Positions 1 to 12,440 of a DNA stretch of 64,000 bases are shown one piece after another. A model generated the notes under the pieces. The model made no database searches, was not told where the DNA came from, and saw only the letters and a list, made by a program, of their open reading frames with translations. The stretch is from Myxococcota bacterium (GTDB taxonomy: Bacteria; Myxococcota; JACRCW01): positions 24,993 to 88,992 of the forward strand of contig JBFMGU010000007.1 of assembly GCA_040752415.1 (NCBI GenBank). Reading direction: 5' to 3'. A program made the translations under genes and the position numbers. Every line of letters begins with the position of its first letter. The stretch's first letter is position 1.

Positions 1-198
1 AACAGTGGACGCCAGGCGGACCACGCTCCTGGGCTGGGGTGTTGCCGAGGGTCGCGCCGCGCCCGCCCAACGCAACGGAGCAATCCCACCGGGCGGGACA
101 CGCGACCATCCGTGTTCGTGCCGGCGGGGGCCGCGACGAAGGAACCACGCACGAGGGTCTAAGACCAGGAGGTTGCGTCGGGACAAGATGCCCAGCGA

Positions 199-433
199 GA
201 TTGCGGACGTCGTGAGCGGGCCACGACCTGGAGTGCGGCGGGCCCTCGCCGCCCTGGTCAGCGCCGAGTGCGTCCTCAACGGCCGCGCGCGGAACCCGGG
301 GTTTCTCAACGAACGGAATTGCGCCGCGGGCGCCTGGTGCACCGTCGACGGGCGCGGAACCCGCTCGGCGCTGGCCAGGGCGGCGAGGGCCCGCCGCACT
401 CCAGGTCTTGGCTCGCTCACGACGTCCGCAATC
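199..433. repeat. Long inverted repeat, REP-like family A copy 1 (arms 199-270 / 362-433)
   Basis: GATTGCGGACGTCGTGAGC...CTGGAGTGCGGCGGGCCCTCGCCGCCCTGGTCAGCGCCGAG is matched by its reverse complement at 362-433 with few mismatches; the core recurs at 3487-3679. Confidence 0.92.
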
Positions 434-508
434 GCTGCGCATCTTGCTTCGACGCAGGGTCCAACCCTCTGCGGAGGGTGAGGTGCTAGGTTCCGCGCCG
501 GAGGTTCC

Positions 509-1087
509 ATGTCGGGCAACGACGAGCTGAAGGTCAAAGGCGCCAACTTCCTGAGCGTGATGGCGGCACTCAAGACGCTGCGCGGCGAGACGGCGGTGAC
601 CGCAGTGACGAACGGAATGCTCACGCCCGGCGGAGAAGCGCTGCGACTTGGCACGCTGCTGGCCAGCGGATGGTATCCCGCCTCGTGGTACCGGGATCTC
701 CTCGACGCCATTCGTGGGCTCCCCGCCGGTGGCGACGCGCTGGTGGTCGCGGTGAGCAAGGAGGGAATCCGTCGGGACGTGGGCGGCATCTACAAGCTCG
801 TCTTCAAGCTGATGAGCCCGCAGACGCTCCTGACGCAGTCCAGCAAGGCGCTGCGCATGTACTACGACCGCGGCGAATGCCAGATCCTCGAGAGTCGCGA
901 CGGGTTCGTGCGTGCGTCGTACCGCGGCTTCGTGGGATTCAACCGCGTCATGTGGCTGGATACCCGCGCGGCGTCCGAGCTGCTCCTGGAGCTGAGCGGC
1001 GCCAAGGGGCTGCACCTCCGCGTGGTCAGCGGCGGTGGCGACGGAGACGCGCACATGGACGTGGAGGCGAGCTGGATGGTGCGCTGA
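509..1087 (+). CDS. Myxobacterial hypothetical protein (DUF2378/TIGR02265-like)
   Basis: GGAGG SD before ATG; GC3-rich codons; N-terminal KVKG and SGWYP motifs resemble this family. Confidence 0.7.
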   Translation: MSGNDELKVKGANFLSVMAALKTLRGETAVTAVTNGMLTPGGEALRLGTLLASGWYPASWYRDLLDAIRGLPAGGDALVVAVSKEGIRRDVGGIYKLVFKLMSPQTLLTQSSKALRMYYDRGECQILESRDGFVRASYRGFVGFNRVMWLDTRAASELLLELSGAKGLHLRVVSGGGDGDAHMDVEASWMVR

Positions 1088-1322
1088 CGCGCGAAGCTCC
1101 CCGCGCCCGTGGGCATTCCGCGCCACGGCCAGGTCTGGAGGCAGCAGCACCCGCGGACCATCCAAATCCCGCGTTCTTCCGAGGAGTTGGAGAGAATCGA
1201 CCAGGCCCGCGCGCCGTGGGTCGATTTCCGCGGATGCCGTTCGTCGACCCCGCAGAACGCCTGATGAAGCCCGGTCGGGTCACGGTGACTCCCACGCTTC
1301 GGGCCGCCCCACGGAGGAATCC

Positions 1323-1991
1323 ATGAATGCCCCCACCCTGCTCAATGACGACGGAACCGCTTCCATGGCCACGCTGCTGATGATGTCCCATCACGGACTG
1401 CGGAGAGACGCCGCGAGACTGGAGGCGCGGGTGAAGCAGGCCAGTGTCGTCGTGCTGCGTGAGGCGTGGGAGGGTTTTGCCGCGGTGCTCCACGGGCATC
1501 ACACCGCGGAGGACGAACGGCTCCTTCCCGGCCTGCGCAAGGACAACGCCGAGCTGGGCCGTGCCATCGATGGGCTTGGTGCGGACCATCGCGCCATGGA
1601 TCAGCTCATCCAGCGCGTGGGCGGGGCGCTGGCGTCGTCGGAGGACCGGGCGGCGCCCGCGGTGGCCACCGCGCTCGGTGAGCTGACGGCGCTCCTGCGG
1701 CAGCATCTCACCGTCGAGGAGGCCACGGTGATCCCCATCCTGCGTCGGGTTCCCGTGCAGTCGATGCCCCCGCTCCCCGAGTCGGAGCTCGCGGTGATGG
1801 CACAGGGTTTGGCGTGGAGCGCGGAGGGCGTGGCCAATGACGTCGTCACCAAGGCGTTCGCCGGGATGCCGGACGTGGTGATGACGAAGTTCGCGGCGGC
1901 GCGCGCGGAGTACGCGGTGAAGTGCACGCGGTTGTGGGGCGGGGTGGCGGAGGCGCTCTCGCGGACCGCCGACGGTTCGCCGGTGCGGTGA
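1323..1991 (+). CDS. Hemerythrin/HHE cation-binding domain protein
   Basis: SD GGAGGA before ATG 1323; H..LRRD, HHTAED, DH and HLTVEE motifs. Confidence 0.85.
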   Translation: MNAPTLLNDDGTASMATLLMMSHHGLRRDAARLEARVKQASVVVLREAWEGFAAVLHGHHTAEDERLLPGLRKDNAELGRAIDGLGADHRAMDQLIQRVGGALASSEDRAAPAVATALGELTALLRQHLTVEEATVIPILRRVPVQSMPPLPESELAVMAQGLAWSAEGVANDVVTKAFAGMPDVVMTKFAAARAEYAVKCTRLWGGVAEALSRTADGSPVR

Positions 1992-2116
1992 CGGGTGGAC
2001 ATGGAGCCACGGCGTGGGGCTCCCACATCCGCCCATCCTCGTCCTGTCGCATTGGGGGTTGGAAAGCGCCCAGGCCACTCTGCTCACGACGACGCTAGCG
2101 TCAAGAGCGAGGCCCC

Positions 2117-2314
2117 ATGGTCACGGTGAATCTGCTGCCTCCCCTCCGGCTTGGTCCCTTGTTTGACGTCGAGGCGCACGGATGGCGCCGGTACGCACCA
2201 CGCAGACCATGGTGGCCGGCGTTGCCGTTCCTGCCGCTGGCGGCGCCGGTGATGCTGGGCGCCATGGCGCTCAACGGTCTGGCGCGCCGCGTGTTCCCCG
2301 GCGGAGCGGCGTGA
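2117..2314 (+). CDS. Possible small membrane protein (65 aa)
   Basis: GAGG upstream of ATG; hydrophobic C-terminal half; fills an intergenic gap. Confidence 0.4.
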   Translation: MVTVNLLPPLRLGPLFDVEAHGWRRYAPRRPWWPALPFLPLAAPVMLGAMALNGLARRVFPGGAA

Positions 2315-2375
2315 GACCCGAGGTCGCATCCCACGTGGATTGAGCCTTCCCTCCATTGGCGGACAGGTGAGGAAC

Positions 2376-3410
2376 GTGAGCGCCCACCCCCGGCGAACAT
2401 GTACGAAGTGCGGGACGCAAACGGAACAGCTGCTCTGTCCCGTGTGCTCGTCGGTGACCTCCGGTGTCGACGACCCCGAGGGCTTGGTGGGCTCCCGACG
2501 GATTGCGCCCTACGAGATCGTCGAGGTGATTGGCCGGGGCGGGATGGGCGTGGTCTACCGCGCGGTGCATCTCCCCAGCCAGTGGCCCGTGGCCATCAAG
2601 GTTGTCTCCCGCGAGCTGACGCACGACCTGGAGGTGGTGCAACGCTTCCAACGCGAAGCATCCCTAACGGGCAAGCTCCGTCATCCCAACATCATCCGCG
2701 AGCTGGACTTCGGCTGCACCGACGACGGCTTGTTGTACCTGGTGATGGAGTACGTGCGGGGCTGCGAGCTCGCGGAGGTCCTGCGGCACGGCACGCAGCT
2801 GCCCTTGACGCGCGCGCTGCGAGTCACCGTGCAGGTGCTCCACGCGCTCGAGGAGGCCCACGGCCGTGGCATCGTCCACCGCGACCTGAAGCCCGCCAAC
2901 ATCTTCCTGCACGACGCGCCCGAGGGACCGGAGGTGGTGAAGGTGATGGACTTTGGCGTGGCCAAGGTGTTCCAGGGGGAGGTTCGCGACCTGGCGCAGC
3001 TCACGCAGTCGGGATTGATGGTGGGAACGCCGGCGTACATGTCGCCGGAGCAGATTCTGGGTGAGCCGCTGGACGGGCGCAGCGATCTCTATTCGCTGGG
3101 CATCGTGCTGTACGAGATGCTGGCCGGCGCGCCCCCGTTCCACGACGACACGGTGGCGGGTGTCATGCTGGCGCAGACCTCGGATGCGCCGCGTCCCATC
3201 GGAAGCATCCGCGCGGACCTGGCCACGGATCACAAGCTGCAGGCGGTGTTGGATTGGCTCCTGTCCAAGCGCCCCCAGGACCGGCCGGCGAACGCGCGCG
3301 AAGCGGCGGCGATGGTGCAACTGCTGTCCGCGTCGGGAGAGGAGATTGCCGCGCGGTGGCCGAGTCGGATGGAGCCTCGGGTTGCGGTGCTGGGGCGACG
3401 CGTGGGGTAG
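2376..3410 (+). CDS. Ser/Thr protein kinase with N-terminal zinc ribbon
   Basis: GRGGMG, VAIK, HRDLKPAN, DFG, GTPAYMSPEQ; CxxC...CxxC at the N-terminus; start GTG 2376 chosen for its SD (ORF track starts at 2340). Confidence 0.95.
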   Translation: MSAHPRRTCTKCGTQTEQLLCPVCSSVTSGVDDPEGLVGSRRIAPYEIVEVIGRGGMGVVYRAVHLPSQWPVAIKVVSRELTHDLEVVQRFQREASLTGKLRHPNIIRELDFGCTDDGLLYLVMEYVRGCELAEVLRHGTQLPLTRALRVTVQVLHALEEAHGRGIVHRDLKPANIFLHDAPEGPEVVKVMDFGVAKVFQGEVRDLAQLTQSGLMVGTPAYMSPEQILGEPLDGRSDLYSLGIVLYEMLAGAPPFHDDTVAGVMLAQTSDAPRPIGSIRADLATDHKLQAVLDWLLSKRPQDRPANAREAAAMVQLLSASGEEIAARWPSRMEPRVAVLGRRVG

Positions 3411-3486
3411 GGCGACGCGTCAAAGCAATCTGCCCATTTCCGTTGTGGCCGGCGAATACCTCATTGGGTGCATGACAGCCTCAAGT

Positions 3487-3679
3487 GGACCACAACCGGG
3501 ATGCGGCGGGCCCTCGCCGCCCTGGCCAGCGCCGAGTGCGTTCTCAATCTGTGGAATGGTCCCCGACCTGGTCGCGACGGGGCGTCGACGTCTCCGCAAC
3601 CCTCGACCGTTGACGAGATTGCCACCCGCTCGGCGCTGACCAGGGCGGCGAGGGCCCGCCGCACTCCAGGTTGTGGTCC
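3487..3679. repeat. Long inverted repeat, REP-like family A copy 2 (arms 3487-3538 / 3627-3679)
   Basis: Near-identical ~45-nt core to 229-270/362-406, in the same inverted arrangement. Confidence 0.92.
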
Positions 3680-3700
3680 GCTGATGCTGTCACGGACCCC

Positions 3701-3823
3701 ATGGGCAAGTTTGTTCCCCACAATCGGGCGCGCGTGGAACGTGAGCGGAAGGCCCTGGAGACGGCGCACGACGAGATGTTGCTCAAGCACCTGGCCGCGC
3801 AGCGCTTTGGGCCCACCGACTGA
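3701..3823 (+). CDS. Small ORF, 40 aa (MGKFVPHNRARVERERKALETAHDEMLLKHLAAQRFGPTD)
   Basis: Hand-translated; 34/40 codons end in G/C; helical, protein-like composition; below the ORF-track size cutoff. Confidence 0.55.
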   Translation: MGKFVPHNRARVERERKALETAHDEMLLKHLAAQRFGPTD

Positions 3824-3919
3824 TACTACCCCCTCGACATCAGCAACCGGGCCGGACCAGACTTCGTCGTGATGGAGGCGCGCGCAATGCTCCGCGCGTC
3901 AGCCCAGAACGGTGGAATC

Positions 3920-5746
3920 ATGATCGCAAAGGCTCTTCGTTACCTGCTTCCTGCGCTGCTCGCCCTCGCGGTTGCCGCGCCGGCTTCCGCGGTCAAGGGG
4001 AAGGGCGGAAAACGCACCGTGGGCCTGGCGTTGGATGATGGCTCGTCGCGTTCCGGCGGCGCGGCGCGCAAGGCGCTGGTCATTGGAAACGCGGCCTACC
4101 CGGGGAGCCCGCTGCCCAACACCAAACGCGACGCGCGCGACGTCGCCAAGGCGCTGGAGGACATTGGCTTCACGGTGCACTCCGCGCTGGACCTGAACCT
4201 CAAAGGCTTCCGCAAGACGACCAATGACTTCCTGGATGACATCGGGAAGGGCGACATCGTCTTCGTCTTCTACGCGGGCCACGGCGTGGAGATCGACGGA
4301 ACGAACTACCTGGTGCCCATAGACTTCAGCGCCCAGCGCGCTTCGGATGTGGCCTATGAAGCCTATCCGCTCAACCAGCTCCTCGAGGGTATCCAGCAGC
4401 AGAAGCCCGCGGTGACCGTGGTGGTGCTGGATGCGTGTCGGAACAATCCCTTCCTGGCCAACCGGTCCTTCGGCAAGCGCGGTCTGGCGCAGGTGAACGC
4501 GGGGGAGGGAACGCTGATTGCCTACGCAACCTCACCCGGCAAGACCGCCAGCGACGGTGCCGCCAACGGCAACGGTGTGTTTACCGCGTCGCTGGTGAAA
4601 TACCTGAAGAAGCCCGGCGTGGACATTGAAGGCGTCTTCAAGGAAGTCAGCGACGACGTGGCCACGAAGACCGCGCGCGAGCAGATTCCGTGGCGCTCCA
4701 GCAGCATCGTGGGGCGGTTCTATCTTGCCGGCGAGCCCGCAGCGGAAGAAGACGAAGCGCCCACGAAGTCTTCCAGGCGCAGGCCGCACGAGGAGGAAGA
4801 GGAAGAAGTGGTGGAAGAGCCGGCTCCCGCCAAGGTTGTGAAGGAGGAACCGCGGAAGCCGCTCAAGGGTAGGAGCGGACTGTGTTGGGAACAGGTGGTG
4901 CGCAAGCCGTGGTTCCAGGGTGCCAGTGCCATCATGCCCTTCACGCTCGACGACCAGCCGCACGTGGTGGCGTACCAGCGCGGGACCGGCAAGGTGATCA
5001 CCGCGCGCATCCGTCACGACGGTGAGGCGCCCGAGCAGCTTTGGCAGGGGAAGTGGAAGACGGGCTGGCAGGGCTTCATGCCGTTCATGCTCAATGGAAG
5101 CCCCCACTTTTTCCTCTACAACGCGGACACCGGCCAGGCGCAGTACGAGGCTTGGATTCGTGGAGCGAGGGATTCCCTCACCAAGCGTTATGCGTCGTGG
5201 CGAAAGGGATACACGTGGTTTGTTGCTTTCGAGCTCGTCGGATTTCCTGCCTTCATGGGCTACGCTGGACACTCCGGTGATGCGGTCATCTGGCGGGTAG
5301 ACGGGGATCTCAAAGACCCGAACCTCATTGAGACCAACGCTGGCACCGGCATGACCACGGCGACGACGTACAAGGTGGGAGAGACGACGTACTACTTCTT
5401 CTACATGGCGGCCGACGGAATCGCGGGATCCAGCCGCCTCAATGTGCAAGGCGACGATTTCCAGGTGGTCTCCGTTGCCAAGAGTGTCCCCGTGGAGAAG
5501 GGGCTGGCGTGGGTGGAGCCGGTCGTCGTGGGCAAGACGCCCTACCAACTGGGGTACCGTGCGGAAGACGGCGCGATGGTGATCTACCGTGGGAGCGCCG
5601 ATTCCACGTCGTGGAAGGGAGTGGCGGAGGAGTCGTGGGGCACTGGAATCACCGGCCACGCCAGCTACGAGCATGAAGGTCGGAAGTACCTGATGCTCTA
5701 CAAGGCGGAGAGCGGTGAGCTGGAAATCCGTCGCTCATGCCAATGA
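3920..5746 (+). CDS. Secreted caspase-family (peptidase C14) protein with C-terminal repeat/beta-propeller region
   Basis: Signal peptide; ALVIGNAAY, FYAGHG (His), LDACR (Cys); acidic linker; Trp/Gly-rich repeats. Confidence 0.92.
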   Translation: MIAKALRYLLPALLALAVAAPASAVKGKGGKRTVGLALDDGSSRSGGAARKALVIGNAAYPGSPLPNTKRDARDVAKALEDIGFTVHSALDLNLKGFRKTTNDFLDDIGKGDIVFVFYAGHGVEIDGTNYLVPIDFSAQRASDVAYEAYPLNQLLEGIQQQKPAVTVVVLDACRNNPFLANRSFGKRGLAQVNAGEGTLIAYATSPGKTASDGAANGNGVFTASLVKYLKKPGVDIEGVFKEVSDDVATKTAREQIPWRSSSIVGRFYLAGEPAAEEDEAPTKSSRRRPHEEEEEEVVEEPAPAKVVKEEPRKPLKGRSGLCWEQVVRKPWFQGASAIMPFTLDDQPHVVAYQRGTGKVITARIRHDGEAPEQLWQGKWKTGWQGFMPFMLNGSPHFFLYNADTGQAQYEAWIRGARDSLTKRYASWRKGYTWFVAFELVGFPAFMGYAGHSGDAVIWRVDGDLKDPNLIETNAGTGMTTATTYKVGETTYYFFYMAADGIAGSSRLNVQGDDFQVVSVAKSVPVEKGLAWVEPVVVGKTPYQLGYRAEDGAMVIYRGSADSTSWKGVAEESWGTGITGHASYEHEGRKYLMLYKAESGELEIRRSCQ

Positions 5747-5847
5747 GCTTCCATCGTCGACGGAAGAGAGGCGTGCGTTGCGGCAGCCGAGGCTGCACCT
5801 GAAGAAGCACCAAGCCCCGCCCTCGGCGTCCGGCTGCACGCTTGGTC

Positions 5848-5973
5848 GTCGGCGGGGCCTTGCGTTGGTGACGTCACGAAGCGTGGCTGGAGCAAAGGGA
5901 GTGTGGCGGTGACGCCGTCACAAACCATTCCTTAACGACGTCACCTACCACCACCAACGCAGAGCCCGCCGAC
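5848..5973. terminator. Imperfect nested inverted repeat between convergent genes (possible bidirectional terminator or REP)
   Basis: GTCGGCGGG..TGCGTTGGTG pairs with CACCAACGCA..CCCGCCGAC; inner GGAGTG/CATTCC and GTGGCGG/CCGTCAC stems. Confidence 0.55.
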
Positions 5974-5990
5974 GGCAGAGGAGCAGCCCC

Positions 5991-8876
<2,886 letters not shown>

Positions 8877-8929
8877 GACTGCGGCTTTCTCCTCGAGAGG
8901 AAGAACGAAGAAATCCTAAGCTCCGGCGC

Positions 8930-10210
8930 TCAACCGCCGCTGCCGAGCAGGCCGTGCTCGGGACCGGCGGGGTTGGCCTTGGGGGCGGTGGCGGCGCTGC
9001 CGGCCTGCGGGGAACCGTGACGGGGCGTGCGCAGGTTGGCGGGCGGGAGCTCTCCGGCCACCACCTCGCCGGTGGCGGGGGAGCCCAGCTCCACGGGCAC
9101 GGGCTGCTTGCCCACCATGCGCTGGTAGCGGCTGAACAGCGCCACGGCGCCCTCGGCGCGGGAGACCTGGAGGTCCAGGCCGCGCTGGAGGTGGAAGTGG
9201 AGGTGGGGCAGGTCGGAGGCGCCGCTGTTGCCCACCCGGCCCACGATCTGGCCCGGCACCACCTTGTCACCCACCTCGACGACAATGCTGCCCTTCATGA
9301 GATGCGCCATCACGCTGGCCACGCCGTGCCCGTGGTCAATGACGACGTGGTTTCCGTACGGCGAGAGGTCGTCGCGCGCGCCCACCGGGTTGTCATTGAG
9401 GGTGCTCTCGCGCGCCACCACGGTGCCCGCGCCTGGTGCGTACACCTCGGCGCCAAAACCCACGTAGTCGGTCACGCGGGTGCCGTCGCCCTTGTAGAAG
9501 GTGTCGTCGGGGGCCAGCAGCACGAAGTCCGAGGCGTAACGCTGCGCGTTCAGCGGGCTGAAGATGCGACGGTGGTGCGTCTCGTAGTCGTGGCCCTCAA
9601 TGACGAGCCAGCGCCCGGCGACGGGAAGGCGCAGCGGCACGATGGGCCTGGCTTCCACCGGGTGCACGTCCACCGACGAGGTGGCGACCTTTCCGTGATC
9701 GTCGACGTAGTAGAAGGTGTAGCTCAGGCGTTTGAGCGGCTCGTCGGTGCCGAAGGAGTGCCACGGGTTGAAGAAGAGCACGCGCCCGCCGGCGGGGATG
9801 GGCCCGCGCACGTCAAAGGCCTGGCTCCCCAGGAAGCGGCTGCCCTCGAACACCGCCACGTCGGAGAAGTTGCCCTGGTAGTTGCCGGGGACGAGCTGGC
9901 GGAAGCGGCTGAGGGCGCCGGCGGCGTCGTAGGTGCGCACCAGCACGTTGAGCAGCTTCACCGGACCGCCCACCGCGTCCAGCCGGAACTCGAAGTTGAG
10001 CTGCTGCTGTCCGCCCGCGCGCTCCACGACGGGAGTCTCAGGGAAGACGCGGATCTCCAGGGAGGCGCCCTCCCCGCGCGCGGGCGGGGGCGGAGGCGGA
10101 GGCACCGGGGAGGCATGCACCAGCCCCACCAGGCACGTCGTCACCAGCGCCCCCGCGAGGGCACACCGCCACAGGCTGCGACGAGGGTGGGACGGGCGGT
10201 GCGGGATCAT
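8930..10210 (-). CDS. Secreted M23 family metallopeptidase
   Basis: Signal peptide; QRYASD, GNHVVIDH, AHL..GS, GNSG.S..PHLHFH. Confidence 0.9.
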   Translation of the reverse strand: MIPHRPSHPRRSLWRCALAGALVTTCLVGLVHASPVPPPPPPPARGEGASLEIRVFPETPVVERAGGQQQLNFEFRLDAVGGPVKLLNVLVRTYDAAGALSRFRQLVPGNYQGNFSDVAVFEGSRFLGSQAFDVRGPIPAGGRVLFFNPWHSFGTDEPLKRLSYTFYYVDDHGKVATSSVDVHPVEARPIVPLRLPVAGRWLVIEGHDYETHHRRIFSPLNAQRYASDFVLLAPDDTFYKGDGTRVTDYVGFGAEVYAPGAGTVVARESTLNDNPVGARDDLSPYGNHVVIDHGHGVASVMAHLMKGSIVVEVGDKVVPGQIVGRVGNSGASDLPHLHFHLQRGLDLQVSRAEGAVALFSRYQRMVGKQPVPVELGSPATGEVVAGELPPANLRTPRHGSPQAGSAATAPKANPAGPEHGLLGSGG

Positions 10211-10384
10211 GGGCTCCTGCGCGTCAAAAGGGAGGCCTAGCTAGCGGAGGCACGCCCCCTTATCACGCCGCCGGGCGGTGTCTCAGCCGCGGGCAGGGGC
10301 GGACCGCGGTGCCGTTTTGGCAGGGGCTGGCGCGGGTGGCTCACGAACCGGGCGCTCGCCCATTCCGTGACCGCACAATGCTCT

Positions 10385-10660
10385 TCATTGTCGACGGGGA
10401 CGCAGCACGAGCAGCAGCACCCCGTTGACCAGGAGCCCCAGCACCGTCATCAGCGGCACGGTGATGATGAGTCCCATCATCGTCTTCGCCACACCTTCCG
10501 CGCCCTGCAGCATGGCCGGCACGTGCATGGCCACCACGAAGATGAGCGTGCCCGGCACCACCCGCAGCGCCTTGGCGGTGGGATGACGCTGACGCACCGC
10601 GTGGTGCCACAGCGCGGTGATGAGCACCGTGATGAGGATGTGGAGGATCCCCGCCGTCAC
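10385..10660 (-). CDS. Small membrane protein (about 3 TM)
   Basis: GC3-rich codons; hydrophobic helices; co-oriented 46 bp after gcvH. Confidence 0.65.
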   Translation of the reverse strand: MTAGILHILITVLITALWHHAVRQRHPTAKALRVVPGTLIFVVAMHVPAMLQGAEGVAKTMMGLIITVPLMTVLGLLVNGVLLLVLRPRRQ

Positions 10661-10706
10661 CTCGCCACTCCGTGCGGGATGGGACAGCGGGGCATCTGCG
10701 GACCGC

Positions 10707-11093
10707 TCAGTGCGCGGTGTCCTTGAGCAGCTTCTCGTACGCGGCGGCGTCGAGGAGTGCGTTCAGCTCCCCCTGGTCCTTGATCTCGATCTTGACCATC
10801 CAGGCCTTGCCGTAGGGGTCCTGGTTGACCTGCTGCGGCGCGCCCACCACGTCCTGGTTGGACTCCACCACCTTGCCGCTGATGGGGCTGTAGATGTCAC
10901 TGACGGCCTTGACGCTCTCCACCACGCCCAGCGGCTGGTGCGCGCTCACGGTGGTTCCCGCCTTGGGCAGCTCCAGGTAGACCACGTCTCCCAGCGCCGA
11001 CTGCGCGTGATGGGTGATGCCCACCACCGCCATGTTGCCCTCCACGCGCACCCACTCGTGGTCCTTGGTGTACTTGAGCTCCTTGGGGATCAT
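10707..11093 (-). CDS. gcvH: Glycine cleavage system H protein
   Basis: LKYTKDHEW, VESVKAVSDIYSP (lipoyl Lys), NQDPYG. Confidence 0.99.
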   Translation of the reverse strand: MIPKELKYTKDHEWVRVEGNMAVVGITHHAQSALGDVVYLELPKAGTTVSAHQPLGVVESVKAVSDIYSPISGKVVESNQDVVGAPQQVNQDPYGKAWMVKIEIKDQGELNALLDAAAYEKLLKDTAH

Positions 11094-11123
11094 GCTTCCT
11101 CCGACGTCAATTGCCCTGCGTTG

Positions 11124-12227
11124 TCACTTCTTGCCCTTGTCCAGGAACGGCGTCTTCACCACGCGCGCCGGTGCCGGCTTGCCGCGGATGTCCACCAGCA
11201 CGCGGCTGTCCACGGCGGAGAGCGCGGTGGGGACGTACGCCATGGCAATGGCCTTCTTGAGGCTGGGGCTCTGCGTGCCGCTGGTGACCTCACCAATCAC
11301 CGCGCCCTTCTCGTCCACGACCTTGTAGCCGTGCCGCGCAATGCGGCCGTCCTCCACCTCCAGGCCCACGAGCTTGCGCGTCACGCCGCGCGCCTTCTGC
11401 TCCTCGAGCACCTTCTTGCCAATGAAGTCGCCCTTCTGCAGCTTGACGATCCAGCCCAGGCCCGCCTCCAGCGGGGTGTGGTCGTCGTCGATGTCGTTGC
11501 CGTAGAGCGCGTACTTCATCTCCAGGCGCAACGTGTCGCGCGCGCCCAGGCCAATGGGACGCACGCCCAGGTCCTGGCCCTTGTCCATCAGCGCGTCCCA
11601 CACCTGCGCGCCGTCCTGGGCGGGGATGTACAGCTCAAAGCCGTCCTCACCGGTGTAGCCGGTGCGGCTGATGATGACGTCCTTGACGCCGGCCACCTCA
11701 CCCACGGCGAAGTGGTAGGTCTTGATGTCGTCGAGCTTGGTGGTGGTGAGGCGTTGCACCAGCTGCGCGGCCTTGGGACCCTGCACGGCAATCTGCGCGA
11801 ACTCGTCGGAGCGGTCCACCACCTCCGCCTCACCGCGGGCCTGCGAGCGCATCCACTCGAAGTCCTTGTGGCGGTTGGAGGCGTTCACGCAGATGAAGAT
11901 GCGCGTGGGGCTGAAGCGGTAGACCACGATGTCGTCGACGAAGCCGCCCTTCTCATTGAGCAGCCCGCTGTAGACCGCCTGTCCGTCCTGGATGGCCGCC
12001 ACGTCGTTGGTGACCAGGCGCTGCGCCACGTCCAGGGCCTTGGGGCCACGAATCTCCACCTCGCCCATGTGGCTGACGTCGAAGAGGCCCACCGCGTTCC
12101 GCACCGCCTCGTGCTCCTCGATGACGCCCTTGTACTGCACGGGCATCTCGTAGCCGGCAAAGGGAACCAGGCGCGCGCCGGCGCGTTGGTGGACCTCGTA
12201 GAGCGGCGTTCGGAGCAGGTCGGCCAT
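11124..12227 (-). CDS. gcvT: Glycine cleavage aminomethyltransferase T
   Basis: RTPLY, GLFDVSHMGE, SRTGYTGEDGFE, GLGARDTLRLE; start ATG 12227 with GGAG upstream. Confidence 0.99.
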   Translation of the reverse strand: MADLLRTPLYEVHQRAGARLVPFAGYEMPVQYKGVIEEHEAVRNAVGLFDVSHMGEVEIRGPKALDVAQRLVTNDVAAIQDGQAVYSGLLNEKGGFVDDIVVYRFSPTRIFICVNASNRHKDFEWMRSQARGEAEVVDRSDEFAQIAVQGPKAAQLVQRLTTTKLDDIKTYHFAVGEVAGVKDVIISRTGYTGEDGFELYIPAQDGAQVWDALMDKGQDLGVRPIGLGARDTLRLEMKYALYGNDIDDDHTPLEAGLGWIVKLQKGDFIGKKVLEEQKARGVTRKLVGLEVEDGRIARHGYKVVDEKGAVIGEVTSGTQSPSLKKAIAMAYVPTALSAVDSRVLVDIRGKPAPARVVKTPFLDKGKK

Positions 12228-12440
12228 GGCAGAACTCCACAGGAGGGCGACGGGGAGGCGCACACTAGCCGCCCGGGGAGGAAAGACAAGGGCAGAGTGA
12301 CGTGGGAAATGAATAAGCGGCCGGAATCAGGGCGGATTTGCGAAGGGCGCGGAAACCGCCGTCGAAGGTGCGGAACCGGCACCCGGTGCTGCGGACGCTC
12401 AAGGCTGGTGCCGGGGTGAGAACCCGCGGCGCTGTGGAAG

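Noticed and set aside
5..481. ORFs 5-481, 3468-3872 and 3461-3790 sharing RRALAALxSAE
   Set aside because: The similarity is just translation of the family A DNA repeat; codon pattern is non-coding.
1150..1235. Degenerate family B centre (TTCTTCC...GGAGAGAA with short stems)
   Set aside because: Lacks the 29-nt loop and GCGTAAG; similarity too short for GC-rich DNA.
1261..1310. Hammerhead ribozyme core (CTGATGA)
   Set aside because: No GAAA after a stem II and no closing stems.
12228..12440. Glycine riboswitch expected upstream of gcvT
   Set aside because: No GGAGAG...CCGAAG...CTCTCAGG-type motifs on the minus strand by eye; a cmsearch would settle it.
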